A DNA stretch of 64,000 nucleotides from Pelagomonas calceolata (GCA_918797485.1 CAKKNE010000004.1:4340001-4404000), one strand, 5' to 3'; shown: positions 1 to 11,172, counted from the stretch's first letter. Notes: generated by a model not told the origin, from the sequence alone. A program made the numbers and translations.

Positions 1-1860
1 CAGGCGCTCGCGGGGCGGCTGACGAAGCGCATCCGCCGCTGCGCGCACGTGATTGCGGTGCCCTACGCCGCCGTCGTTGTAGACGAGGACGAGCGCGACG
101 ATGGCCGGTCCGTATTTGTGGTGGCGACGCGGCCGGGCGGGCGCGACCCGGCCGTGGACGAGGCCTGGATCCGCGACGTAGCACGAATGGCGGACGCGCC
201 GCCGCCGGACGCGGTGGAGGGCGTCTGCGGCGGCGACGCCTTCGCGAAGCTCTCGTACGGCGACGCGGAGCTTGCGAAGAATGCGGTTTCAAAGCTCGAC
301 GGCCTCGCGCGAGGCGACGTCGTTCTCCAGGTGATGCCGTGGCGCGAGGCCCGGGCCAAGCTCGACGCGCACAAGCGCCTCAAGGACGCACTCGCCGCCG
401 CGAGCCGCGCGGTCTTCAGCGGCGCGGCGTCCGTGCTGCGGCCCGCGTCGCTCGCGCGCGACGTCCGCACGGTCGGCGGCGACTGGCGCGACGACTGGCT
501 GCTCGTCCGCGTCCGCGGTTTTGCGCAGTGCCCTAATCAAATTTCCGCCCATGGGCAGTACGGCTGCGTCGTCGTCGAGAAATGACTCACTGGTTGATTT
601 GGCACAGGCGGCGCGGGCGACACGGGCAAGGGCGGCCCGCCGCGGGGCGGCACGCGGACGGCGCGCCTCTGCCTCGGCGCGGCCGTGGCGGTCTGCCGCG
701 GCGCCGAGGGCGCGGCCTGGCTCGCGACGCGCGGCGCCGATGATACCACCGGGCCGGCCGCGCCGGCGCGCGCGCTCTACCTCGAGGGCTTCGCGCTCTA
801 CCTCGCGAAGAGCGACGCGCGCTGCGCCGACGTTGATGAAAATGCGCCGGCGGAGGCGCGGCGGCGGGCGCGCGCCCTCGTCGTGGCCGCCGCGACGAAC
901 GACGCCGCGCGGGACGCCTGGCGCCGAGTCATTCGCGATATCGATGGCGGCGCCACGCGCAACGCTGACGACGCGGCGTTGCGCGCCGCGGCGGCGCGGG
1001 GCGACGGCGAGGAAGTGGCCGCGCTGCTGGAGGCAGGAAGGGCGCGCGTCGACGCGGCCGACGAGTACGGTCGCACGGCGCTGTTCCTCGCGGCGGCCGC
1101 GGGGCAGCGCGTCGACCGGTTGCTCGCGGCCGGCGCGGACCCCACGCGTCAGGCGCACGGCGGCTGGAAGCCCAGCCACTTCATACCCCGAGAGCCACTT
1201 CCGCTGCTCGGCCCGACGCCGCCCGCGTGGCGGCTGATGATTGCGCGGGACCCGCCGGCGCCGACCGCGACGACGCGACCGCTGCGCGGCCTCGCCCACC
1301 CCGGCGCCGGCAGCGTGATCGTCGACGGCGCAGCGACGGCCGACGAGGTCGCCGCGTTCCTGGAGCTGGCGCGGGGGTTGCCCGTCGCGCCGGCGGAGAA
1401 GGCCGCGTGCGCGGACCGGAGCTATTTTTATGATGCCGACGGCGCGTTCGGGCGGCGCTTTGCGGGCGTCGCCGCGGCGGCGTGGGGCGTTTCCGTCACT
1501 CGTATTAGAGTGAACAAATGTTACCGCGTGCTGACTTATGCGCGGGCGGGCGGGTGTCTTCCCGCGCACGTGGACTTGCACCGCGATTTAGGTGATGGCG
1601 GCCCGCCGACGACGCACACCTTCCTTCTTTACCTCAGCGACGATCCCGAGGGCGGATCAACGTCGCTGCTGAGTGCGCTTCCCGGCGACGACGCGCTCGC
1701 GCTGTCGGGAGGCCTCGTCGACGGCGCGCGGACGACGCTCTACGCGGTGCATCCCAAAGCCGGCCGCTTATTTCTGATGCCGAACGCGTGTCCCCACGAG
1801 GCGGCGGGTGTGGTGCGGGCGCCGAAGGTGTTGATTCGGGGCGAATTGCGGCTTCGCTAG
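1..1860 (+). CDS. Ankyrin-repeat + 2OG-Fe(II) dioxygenase protein with RRM-like N-terminal region; probably 5'-partial; one intron about 509-518..607
   Basis: ORFs 49..585 and 685..1860 are in the same frame and can be joined by an intron ending ttgatttggcacag at 607. Ankyrin motifs (ALRAAAARGD..DEYGRTALFLAAAAG..LLAAGADP); dioxygenase motifs PAHVD..HTFLLYLSD..GGST..PHEA..LIRGE. Confidence 0.7.
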
Positions 1861-1936
1861 TGTTGTACTTTTGTGTACCTTGGTACTTATTTCGTAGGGG
1901 GAAGGAGGGGAGTAGTCGTGGTAGCGTGGCCCAGGC

Positions 1937-2116
1937 TTAGTACGGGCAGGCCGGGTTGGCCAAAGCGCCCTTGAGATCTTCGCCCGAATTGTCGAACTTG
2001 ATATTCCAATCGCCCTTGCCGTTATTGACCCAATTGCACTCGTTGGAGGCGTCGTAGACCCCGTTGCCCGAGAGGTAGAACGGGCCGAGCTCGAGATTGA
2101 ACTTGGGCGCCGGGAG
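1937..2116 (-). pseudogene. Headless coding-like terminal exon (59 aa, LPAPKFNLELGPFYLSG...ACPY*)
   Basis: Strong GC3 codon bias, preceded by acceptor cttacc..gtcgcag (AG at 2118-2117); no convincing in-frame start or upstream exon nearby. Confidence 0.4.
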
Positions 2117-2165
2117 CTGCGACGCGGGCTCATAGGTAAGCGCGCGGAGACCCTGAAACCGCACA

Positions 2166-2868
2166 ATGGTATAAAAGCCAGGCGTCACAAGAAGAAGCTT
2201 ACTTGCCCGACCAGCGCAAAGCGGTCGATTTGACGCGGTCCGATTCCGAAGACGAGTCACCAAAACGGCGGCCTCGTTTCTCGCCCGGCGACGAACACCG
2301 GCGGGCGCCGCGGTGGCGCCGATCGCCTTCCTACGACCGCCCGCGCTACAGCCGGTCGCCGTCGTACGGGCGCCGCCGTCGCTACAGCCGCTCGCCTTCA
2401 TATGAAAGAAGCTCGTACCGCTGGCCGTCCGAGGATTCTTACGGGGGGCGCAGCGGGTACCGCGGGCGGTCGCCGCCGCCGTATCGCCGCTACTACGCCG
2501 ACGAGCTGAGAAGACAGTTCGAACGGTCGCCGCCGCGGCGCCGCGACGAGCGGCTTTTGTCGCCGCGGCGCGATTGGGAGGACTCGCGGCTTCGCGATGA
2601 CGTCGACGACACGGCGTCGGTGCCCGTGTCGAGCGTGGATAAGACGGAAGACGAAGACGTAGAAGATCTCATGAGATTCTTCCACCGCGAGTCAGAACGA
2701 ACGGCGCGCGCTTGCGGTGATTTGGATGGTGCCAGATTCCATGCCGATTTAGCAGCAGGGATGTCACATCAGGAGGTGCTCGCCCGGGCCCGGGCGCGCG
2801 CTGCCACACGCTCGCAACGGCGCCTTGGCGCTTTCTTTAAATCCAGGCAGGGTAGGCGCGGCGTGTAA
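2166..2868 (+). CDS. Arg/Ser-rich low-complexity protein (RSPSY repeats); probable intron 2169..2214 directly after the ATG
   Basis: ATG at 2166 followed by GT..cttac..ccAG (46 nt) restores the frame of ORF 2203..2868; three R[WY][RS]RSPSY repeats; VDLT SIM-like motif. Confidence 0.5.
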
Positions 2869-3113
2869 TTTGTTCGTCTTCCAAACTCGAAGCCTCCAGG
2901 GACCGCGGGCAAAAACTAGATAGGTGCAATTACTCCTCCCCGCCGCGAACGCGGAGGCGCCGTACTAGTACTACGGTGGTTCAGCCTCGCGTTGGCGGCG
3001 TAGACCACGCAGGCTTCGACGCCATCGACGCGGCCCAGAAGCCTGCTTTGCTTGGAGCTAGGCCGCCTAGCCGCGGAGCCGACGCGGGGCCAAATCTATA
3101 GACACCCCAACCC

Positions 3114-5054
3114 TTAAAAGTACAACCCCCGCTTCTCCATGCTCTTCCGAAACCTCTTGTCAAATAAAGTAGCGTCGCCCGGGTTGAGCGCCATCACCGT
3201 CGAGACCTGGTCCCTCCCACACACAGCCGCCAAATCCCGCCGCTCCTGCGCCAGCATGAGCGCCTCGGTTTTGGAACGAGGCGCGCACGTCTGAGATCGC
3301 GCGAACGTGTCAAAGGCCGGCGCCGCCCCCGGCGCCTCCTCGCCGGCGCCGACGAACGGGTCCTTGGACGAGGCGACGAAGACGGCGTGCGACTTCCGCT
3401 GTCGCGCTTCCCTTTTACGTAGGATGCCGAGCACGTGCGCGACGGGGCCCGCCGCCTCGCGCCGATGCTTCGTCCTCCGCAGCTTCCGCGCGTTGTTCAC
3501 CTTGTCGTCGAGATGGCAGACCGTCTTCGCCGTCGCGTTGCGCACGCAGTGGTTTAGTATCAATACATTTCTTTCTTGATGGTCCACGATCTCCGCGCGC
3601 GTGGCCCTCCTGACCGTATACGGCGTCGGCGTCCGCTTCGTCGTGCGCGCGATCATCTTGCGCCGCATCTCCTTCCTATAATCAAAATACTCGTCGCAGT
3701 GCCGGTCGCGATGGTGCGACGTCGCCGCCTCGATGTTCGCCACGTTATAGTTGTGCGTCCGGTGCAAGTTGACGATGTGCCGCTTCTCGTTGATGCCCAA
3801 GCTCCGCTGCTCGTGGCGCGTCAGGAGCTCGTCCTCGAGCTCCGCGTCCTGCACGGCCTTGTCGAACATGAGGCGCCCGGGGTTGACTTCCAGCACCTTC
3901 TTCTGGCCGCGCCTGCGTGGTTACGGTGAGTAGATGCCGCGTCGACGGCGTGCTGGCGGCGTAGAAGTCTTCTTGGAGAGTACGTCTCCCGCAGCAGCAC
4001 GCCATCGCCGCGTGGTCGCGACGAAAAAAAAGGACGCAGGAACGGACGGGTCGCCCTCGGCGACGGCCTCGACGTGGCGCCCGCGCAGCCAGTGGTTGCC
4101 GTGGAAGATGCGCCCCGGCGTATGTATGGAGCCCTTCTTCTTCAAATAGGCGTAGCGCGAGCCCGGCCGCGGCGCCGTCGACGGCCGCGCCCTATACGTC
4201 TTGATCAGATCTTCTGATGAGAGTCGACGGTTCGCCTCGTACAACGACCCGAGGTCGTCCTTGCCGACCAGCGTCTCCCAGGACGTGTAGCCTTGTGGGG
4301 GTGTTTCTACCGACGCGGTCCGGGGCCGCGTCAGATTGACTGATGTCCTGGTGGGCTCCTCGCGGCCCGCGACGACCGACTGGAGCGGGTCCTCCGTCGC
4401 TGGCGACTCCAGCTGCAGCTCGGGGACCGGCTTCTTGCGCGTCTTTTTTTTGGCCGGCTCGGTCTGCGTGGCGTCGTCGCGCGACGCCCGCCTCATCTGC
4501 TGGGACTGCTCGCGCAGTTGTCTTTGTTGGATCTGGGACGGCCGCCGGGCAATGGCCTCCTCGCGCAGCTTCTTCTGTTGTATGACTGGTGATGGCGTCG
4601 CCTCCGCCCGCCGCTGTCTTCCTTTCACGTCGCGATCCCTCAAAGGAGACTGCATGCGCTTCATCGTGAAGGCGTCGACTTCTGGAGCGCCGGAACTCGG
4701 ATGAGATAATAATGCGAACTTCTCAGGAGACAGGCACTCGGGCGAGGGCGGGCCTCTTCTGGACGGCGCCGTCGCCGGGCGCCTTTGTCGAGGTGTTTCA
4801 TTGGAACTACGTCGTTGGCTCCGCGTCGGCTTCACCGGCGTCGCTGTGGACAAACGAGCGTCCGCCTTGGACGGCGATAAAGCATCTTGGATCGCCGCGA
4901 TCTGCTCGGCGTTGCCGACCCCAGGCAAAGGCTGGAGCCAGACGTGGTCGGCGCGCAGGCGCGACGCCCCCGTGCTCGTGGAGCGGTGCGAGTCGCCCGA
5001 GGCGCTGCGGGCCGACCGCGTCGAGGCGGCGGACTGGGGGCGCTGGAGAGGCAT
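3114..5054 (-). CDS. Hypothetical basic low-complexity protein with RP[SA]TA motifs; intron 3913..4047
   Basis: ORFs 3921..5054 and 3114..3896 share a frame; a 135-nt GT..cacgcAG intron removes the stop at 3921. Confidence 0.7.
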
Positions 5055-5562
5055 GCTGTTTCTGCTTGTGGCGACGGCGTGGGCTGTGCGAGGGGCTGCC
5101 CCGCGATTGGGGCGGCGGTCGCGTCCTCCCGGCGTCGCGTCGGTCTTTCGTCAACCCCCACCGATGCTGCGCGGAGATGGCTCTCACGCGCGTTGCAGAG
5201 GCGCTCCTCCAGAGGGCCTCACCCCGTTTCGACTTCGAAGGGGTCTCGGACGTCTCAGAGATGTCTCTGTAGACGTGCCGTGCTTGTTTCATGAGCGTTT
5301 GGCGCGGCGCGGCTCTCGTCGAGCGGCTGGAGCATCTGATTAATAGCGGTAGCCTTGTCAAACTCCGTCAATCTGCGCGCATCCGTGTAATGCTGTTGTT
5401 GGATGGTAGATTGGCAACGTCGCTTTGCGCTGCGAGCGCTGGAACCGTTTAAAACGCCTCGGACTGCGGCAAAAATGGCGCTGCGAACATTCAAACGATT
5501 CGCTAGCGTGAGGACATAATGTATCATTAAAACCGTTATACGCACACAGGTCCAAAAGTACG

Positions 5563-5922
5563 ATGGCGCCGATCAACAGACTCATGATGGCTTTACTGGC
5601 GACCTCGTCAACCGCGCTGCGACCGACGGGGACACGTATGATGAAGGTGACGAAGGGAAGCCGCATGCTCCAGCGCGAGGGCAAGTTCTGGACGCCGTCA
5701 GCACTAGAAGAGGCGTGCAACTTCGGCTGTCCCGCGTGCGGCGGCGACGGGTGCGGCGTGTGCGGCGGAGGCCTCCTCGGCGCGCAGAAGCCCGTGTCGT
5801 CGTTGGAGGTTCCGGTCCACGCCTCGTCCTACTGCGGCTGCGGAGGCCTCGGGTGCGAGATGTGCGGCGGCGGGATGCTCCTCGCGGCGGCGGCGCCGAC
5901 GCGGGCGGCGGTCCACGCGTGA
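5563..5922 (+). CDS. Small Cys/Gly-rich protein with predicted signal peptide
   Basis: Hydrophobic N-terminus MMALLATSSTALR; two units CPACGGDGCGVCGGG and CGCGGLGCEMCGGG. Confidence 0.55.
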   Translation: MAPINRLMMALLATSSTALRPTGTRMMKVTKGSRMLQREGKFWTPSALEEACNFGCPACGGDGCGVCGGGLLGAQKPVSSLEVPVHASSYCGCGGLGCEMCGGGMLLAAAAPTRAAVHA

Positions 5923-6183
5923 GGTATTGACGACGCGCGCATTCATTATTAACCACGAAGGGTATTATGATAAGAAAGAGAGAGCTCTGTCTCCTCGAAA
6001 AACCCGACCCCCAGGCAGAGCTGCTCGAGTGCAGACTGTGCTGGGCGCGCGTGCACTTATAACTGCGCTTGTCGTCGCATAATCTCTTAAAAGACATCGT
6101 TGTGCTAGCTCGCACCTTTTTTCGGCGCGTCGATTGGCTCCGCAGAGCGCTACCTAAGGAGAGCACTGCCCTACACGCCATCG

Positions 6184-7335
6184 ATGCGGCTCCCGCGGCG
6201 CGCATTGCTGGCAAGCATGGCCTCCACAATGACAACACCCACAAGAGCCCTCGTGGTCGACAGCCACCTCCACGTCTGGAGCAGCACTTCCAAATTTGCG
6301 CCGGGCAAGGAGCCTCCCGCGAATTTGGGAGATTCGGTGGCCTCCGCCGAAGCGTTCGCCGCGGCCTGCAAAGAGTCGGGCGTGGACCGCGCGCTGATCG
6401 TGCAGCCGATCAATTATCTCTTCGACCACACTTACGTCAGTGACGCAGAGTAGAAAATGAACTTGCGGCGATGGCGTCTTCTTGAGACCACGCCGCCTCG
6501 ACGCCATCGACGTGGCCGCGAGAGAGTCTAGGCATCTTTCCACGCAGGTGGCGGGCGTCCTCACGGACAACAAAGACAAATACCGAGGCATGGCCCTCGC
6601 GGACCCCTCACAACCAGCGAAGGCCGCGGCGGAGGCGCTCCGCGCGGCCTGCGCCACGGCACCAAACCTGTGGACGGGCGTGCGCTTCAACCCCTACCTC
6701 TGGCCCGAGTCTGCCAGAGGCGGCGCCTGGCTCGCCGACGACGTGGGCACGAGTCTGGCGGACGTGTGTGCGGAGCTGAAATTACCGATCGGCGTCATGG
6801 CTTTTGGTGGATTTTCACCTCTCGTGCCGTCCATCGAAGCGCTATGTGCGAGAGGCGACGTGGACGTCGTGATCGACCACTGGGGCTTCCCGCGGGCGGA
6901 GCCAGGGGGCGCGCCGTCGTCTGCTCTGAAATTCGACGACGCGGCGTTCGCGGTCCGTGACTCAGCGTGGGAATTGGACTTCAAGTGACGACGCGGCCGC
7001 ATGAGAGTCTACGCGTCTCGCGACGTGTCCGTTTTACACAGGAGCTCTGCGCGCTCGGCCGCAAGCACAAGAACTTGCACCTCAAGCTCTCGGCGCACTT
7101 CCGCGTGTCTTCGCAAGAAGCACCTCATTCCGATCTGCAGCCGCGCTTCGACGCCGCCGTAGACGCGTTCGGCGCGGACCGGCTCATGTGGGGTTCGGAC
7201 TTTCCCTTCGTGCAGCTGAACGGCGGCCAGAAAGCGTCGCTCGAGGCCGTCCGGGGCTTCTCGCGAAATCTACCCAAGGCGGCGCAGGACGCCTTATTGG
7301 GAGGGACGGCGCGGCGGCTCTTCCGGCTGCCCTAA
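6184..7335 (+). CDS. Amidohydrolase family protein (Amidohydro_2 type); introns 6436..6547 and 6953..7041
   Basis: VVDSHLHVW, GVRFNP, VVIDHWGFP, HLKLS, FGADRLMWGSDFP motifs; both GT-AG introns are phase 0 and join the three ORFs. Confidence 0.9.
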
Positions 7336-7340
7336 GTAGC

Positions 7341-7520
7341 TTATTTAATCTTCTTAAAGAGCCGCGGGTTCGTGACCGCGAGGTAGATGAGTATGACGGC
7401 CAACACCACCAGCACGATGACGCAGCAGCAGCAGTACCTTCTCCTCAACTCCGTCTGGTACTTGATCGCGTAGCGGATGTCGGCGTTGCCCGACTCGACG
7501 TACTCGCCCGCGGCCCGGAC
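7341..7520 (-). pseudogene. Syntaxin (Qa-SNARE)-like C-terminal exon lacking its upstream part
   Basis: Translates VRAAGEYVESGNADIRYAIKYQTELRRRYCCCCVIVLVVLAVILIYLAVTNPRLFKKIK*, resembling the end of a SNARE helix plus tail anchor; acceptor ttttAG at 7522-7521. Confidence 0.6.
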
Positions 7521-7595
7521 CTAAAACGCCGCGACGACGCTCTACAGACGCCCCGCCAACGCAAGATGATCGACGGCAAGGGAGGTCTCACACAG

Positions 7596-7774
7596 GCCCA
7601 ATCATCCGGAAGATGTGGCCCGACCCCGTCGAGTCGCTCGAGTTCATGAGGACGGTCAACGGAGAAACCTTCGCGGCGGACGACGAGTCGCCGCTTGTCG
7701 AGGTCGCGCCCGACGACGACGAGGACCTTTCCATCGTGGTGAACGATGTCAGATGCGGCGTCGTGATGGAGTAA
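7596..7774 (+). pseudogene. Short coding-like fragment (PIIRKMWPDPVESLEFMRTVNG...VVME*)
   Basis: GC3-rich codons after ctcacacAG (7595); could alternatively be a 53-aa ORF from ATG 7613. Confidence 0.3.
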
Positions 7775-7786
7775 GATACAAGGTGC

Positions 7787-9250
7787 TTACACCACCCCCA
7801 TCCCCTCGAGCCAAGCATAAAAGCGCCCCCGCCGCCGGTCCAGCGCCGTCTCGTTCGCCTCCCCTAACCTACGCTGCTCCTCGACGTCCTCCTTGTCCTC
7901 GTCCTTCCGCACCTCGAAGGGACCCCTATAACCTAATTCGTCGTCGGGCACGCCGGGCGTGCACCGCCCATGAATATTCCGATACCCTCTCGACTTGTAG
8001 GAGTTGCGGAAGGGCTGGCCCGGGAAGAAGTCGCGCATGTACCTTCCATACGCCGCGAAGTCCTCGGGCTCGTTCCCGTTCATCCATTCTGAACGACCGC
8101 ATCTCCACAAACTCTTATCGTAGTTGCACGCCTTGAAGAAGTTCTTGCACGCGCTGCGACACAACGGCACGCTCTTCATCTCGTCCGTCCGGTCGTCCCA
8201 GTAGCACCGCGGGAAATTGAGATAACAAAAATAGGCCCGGAAGGCCTTTTGGCACGTGTTCCCGCCGGGGCATTGTATCGAACCCTTCTCCATCGGCTCC
8301 TTGTCCTTGTTCACCTTGTCCGGGTTACTCCTGGACCGCTCGCCGGCCTCGCCCCGACACCGTTCGTCCGTATCCGCTTCGCCGTGACCCTTGGCCACGA
8401 CCAGCGACATGCGCGGCTCGATGGGCCAGCCCCGGCAGCCCGAATTCCGCCCGCCCCGGCCGCACGTCGGGCCCCCGTTCGGGTTGAAGGGGTCCTTGCC
8501 CTCGCACCGGTCCGCGTCGACGCCCTCGCACGAGCCTTCGCCGTATTTATTCACGCACGGCGACAAGTTGTGCTCGCAGGGGTCCGCCGTCTCGTACATC
8601 CTATTGCAGTCCTTGCCGCGCGCCATCCTCTGGCCGCTCATGTCGAACTTGACGTCCGTGCCCTCCCGCACCCGGCAGCGGATCGTCGACTCCTCGTTCA
8701 ACCTGTCATCGATGATGTGGAACGTCGCCCGCCGCACCCAGAAGTCCTTGTTCCGCGTCGTGTGGCCATAAAATCTACCCTCGGGGTGCTCCATGTCCGG
8801 GGGTATTCGGCCCTCATAGGCATAGATGACGTCGTCGCCCACAACCTTTCCCTCAGACTCCGCCGTGATCTCCGGCGCGCCCACGGCCTGCCCGTAAATT
8901 TCGGCCTCGGCCCGCGTCCCTTCGTCGCCCATGAGCCACTCGTACGCCTTATCATTCGGCTGCGACCCGCCGGCCTCGTACTCCATGCGCCGCGTCAATT
9001 TGCCGTCGGGGCTCGTGCGGTTCACGGGCTCCATGGCCGGCACGCAGGCGGGGTACCTGACATACCGCCCGCAGTAGGGCATGTGGTAGAACCGGTACGC
9101 CCGCGTGTCCTCTGTCGTCCAGCCTCTAGCTGGGTCGGCATAGGCCGGGTCCAACTTAAAGTCGCAGACCCCACTGTCCGTGCCGTGGAGGACGCAGGCT
9201 CTGGCGGTTGTTGCGAGGAGCGCGAGGGTGGCCCATGGCGGCGCCGCCAT
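7787..9250 (-). CDS. Secreted cysteine-rich protein with Frizzled-CRD-like C-terminal region
   Basis: Signal peptide MAAPPWATLALLATTARA; CQKAFRAYFCYLNFPRC..PLCRSACKNFFKAC cysteine pattern. Confidence 0.7.
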   Translation of the reverse strand: MAAPPWATLALLATTARACVLHGTDSGVCDFKLDPAYADPARGWTTEDTRAYRFYHMPYCGRYVRYPACVPAMEPVNRTSPDGKLTRRMEYEAGGSQPNDKAYEWLMGDEGTRAEAEIYGQAVGAPEITAESEGKVVGDDVIYAYEGRIPPDMEHPEGRFYGHTTRNKDFWVRRATFHIIDDRLNEESTIRCRVREGTDVKFDMSGQRMARGKDCNRMYETADPCEHNLSPCVNKYGEGSCEGVDADRCEGKDPFNPNGGPTCGRGGRNSGCRGWPIEPRMSLVVAKGHGEADTDERCRGEAGERSRSNPDKVNKDKEPMEKGSIQCPGGNTCQKAFRAYFCYLNFPRCYWDDRTDEMKSVPLCRSACKNFFKACNYDKSLWRCGRSEWMNGNEPEDFAAYGRYMRDFFPGQPFRNSYKSRGYRNIHGRCTPGVPDDELGYRGPFEVRKDEDKEDVEEQRRLGEANETALDRRRGRFYAWLEGMGVV

Positions 9251-9594
9251 CGGTTCGGGCTGCCCAGCTTTCGCACAAGCACCAGTGGGACGCGAGAGCG
9301 CCGCCTCGTGGCGCAACAAGCACGCAGGCAGCCTCGAGGTCCGCTGAGCTCGAAGAAGACTAGTGTGTCTCACAACCTAGGTGCAGGTCCGCAGAGATAT
9401 CTCCCCCCCAGGGGCTCCGCCCACTAGTCCTAGCACCGTCACGATAGTACTGACGCCTAAGACTCGAAGGCTAAAAAAAATGGGCGGGACGCGAATGCGA
9501 GGTGTCCACCCCGCACGCCATCGGCGCGCTACTTGGCGAACTCGGTTCCTATGTCACTTAGATATATAAACTACGGGGGCGGGCGGGCGTGCGG

Positions 9595-10911
9595 CTACTT
9601 GTCGAACATCTTGTTGTCGTAGCGCGCCTCGAGCTCGCGGAGCATGGACCGCGCGGCCTCGCGGATGCGCGCCTCGCCGGGCCCGCGCGCCATGAGCTCG
9701 TCGAGCTCGGCGAGGTCCTTGGCCATCTTCTGGCACCGCTCGTCGGCGTCGTCGACGGCGCACTCGTCCTCCAGGGACGACGTAGACGCCTTGCGCTTCT
9801 CGGCCCTTTCTAATTCCTCGACGAGCTCCCAGGCCTGCGCCGAGCCGCTGCCCAAAGCCGCGTCCCGCGCTTCTTCGAGGGACGTGACCTCGGCCTCCAC
9901 AGTAGTCACGTCACTCTGTTCCTGGACCCAGCCCTCGATGAGGACCCGCGCTAAGGACGCGTTCGTCGGGACGTGGAAGCCGCCCGGCGTTTTTGGTGTA
10001 TCATTTTCACCTTGCTCCCGCAAAGCTTTGGCTACGAAGGCGCGATCAAACCAGGCGACGTCCTCGAGCTCGTCGTCGACCGTGATCGCTTCCGTGGACG
10101 CGCGACACGCATAGCCCACCATCAATGAAGAGGGAAACGGCCAGGGCTGCGACGCGACGTGTCTCAGCGTGCTTCGATCAACCTCCACGCCGGACTCCTC
10201 GAGGACCTCTCTGCAAACGCACTCCTCGAGGCTCTCGCCGAACTCGACGAAGCCCGCCAGCGTGCTCCACTTGCCCTCGGGCCAGGCGGCTTTTCTTCCC
10301 AATAGCACCTTGCTATTGTCGGGCGACGCCACTAACACAATAGACGAAGGATCGACTCGAGGTCGGGACTTCGTGTGGCACGCTTCGCATTTTCGCTGCC
10401 TTCCGTGTCTTGCTGATACTGTTTTAGAGCCACACGCCGCGCAGAACATGTGCGACCGGTGCCAGCGGCCTAGGCCCGACGCCGTGACCAGTAACGCGCA
10501 GGCGTCCTCGTAGGGCAGCTGGTCCGCCGGTCGGTTCAACACCGCGGGTTTATCGCCTTTCGGGCTGCGCAACGGCGCGAAGGCCGCTCCCTTCACAATT
10601 GGTGGTTGTTTTTTATGAGAGACGTCGAGCATCCAGTAGCCCTTGCTCTGGAGCGTCCCGAGCCAGGCCACTATTGCATGTTCGTCCACCAGCGGCGCGG
10701 CTTCCTTCTGGTCGAGGAACCGCGCGTCCACCACATCGTTCGTGCTCTCGACGAGGACGTCGCCCTTGTGCACGACGACGTATCGGTGGTTGGCGTCGGG
10801 CAGCGGGGCCGGGGGGTTGGCCGTGCGCTGTAAGCGGCCCTGGGTGTCGAACAAGGGCGCCCTTAATGCAGCTGCTGCAGAGACAGCTGCTGCTACGAGT
10901 GTTACGCGCAT
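9595..10911 (-). CDS. nudC: NADH pyrophosphatase (NudC-like Nudix hydrolase), probably plastid-targeted, with CP12-like C-terminus
   Basis: FCAACG..KCEAC Zn ribbon, Nudix box AGFVEFGESLEECVCREVLEESG, SQPWPFPSSLM signature; N-terminus MRVTLVAAAVSAAAALR. Confidence 0.9.
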   Translation of the reverse strand: MRVTLVAAAVSAAAALRAPLFDTQGRLQRTANPPAPLPDANHRYVVVHKGDVLVESTNDVVDARFLDQKEAAPLVDEHAIVAWLGTLQSKGYWMLDVSHKKQPPIVKGAAFAPLRSPKGDKPAVLNRPADQLPYEDACALLVTASGLGRWHRSHMFCAACGSKTVSARHGRQRKCEACHTKSRPRVDPSSIVLVASPDNSKVLLGRKAAWPEGKWSTLAGFVEFGESLEECVCREVLEESGVEVDRSTLRHVASQPWPFPSSLMVGYACRASTEAITVDDELEDVAWFDRAFVAKALREQGENDTPKTPGGFHVPTNASLARVLIEGWVQEQSDVTTVEAEVTSLEEARDAALGSGSAQAWELVEELERAEKRKASTSSLEDECAVDDADERCQKMAKDLAELDELMARGPGEARIREAARSMLRELEARYDNKMFDK

Positions 10912-11172
10912 CCTCGTGCAAAATCGCTTGGCAGGGCAATAGTTGCGGTACTGGTTGGTCTGTAGCAGGCGCGCTGCAATGAATGCTTGCCTACAGCGCG
11001 TGTACGGGCCTCGTAGAAGAAGGCAGCAGGGCTGAGCTAGCGGTAAGACACTAGAAAGCCGAGCGCTCGTCGCGGTACTACGAGGTACTTGACTCGTGCT
11101 TACTTCAGGCGGACGACTCGTGGTCGCCATCCGTCGCCGTGCGTACGCGTCGTGTGTGCCGCGTTCACGAGT

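Noticed and set aside
2169..2181. 13-nt GT-AG micro-intron after ATG 2166 (and an 11-nt one at 7585-7595)
   Set aside because: Too short for normal splicing; a 46-nt intron or a single-base indel explains the frames more simply.
5084..5293. Possible extra N-terminal exon for the 3114..5054 gene
   Set aside because: The plausible intron 5084..5161 does not join the upstream ATG in frame; more likely 5' UTR.
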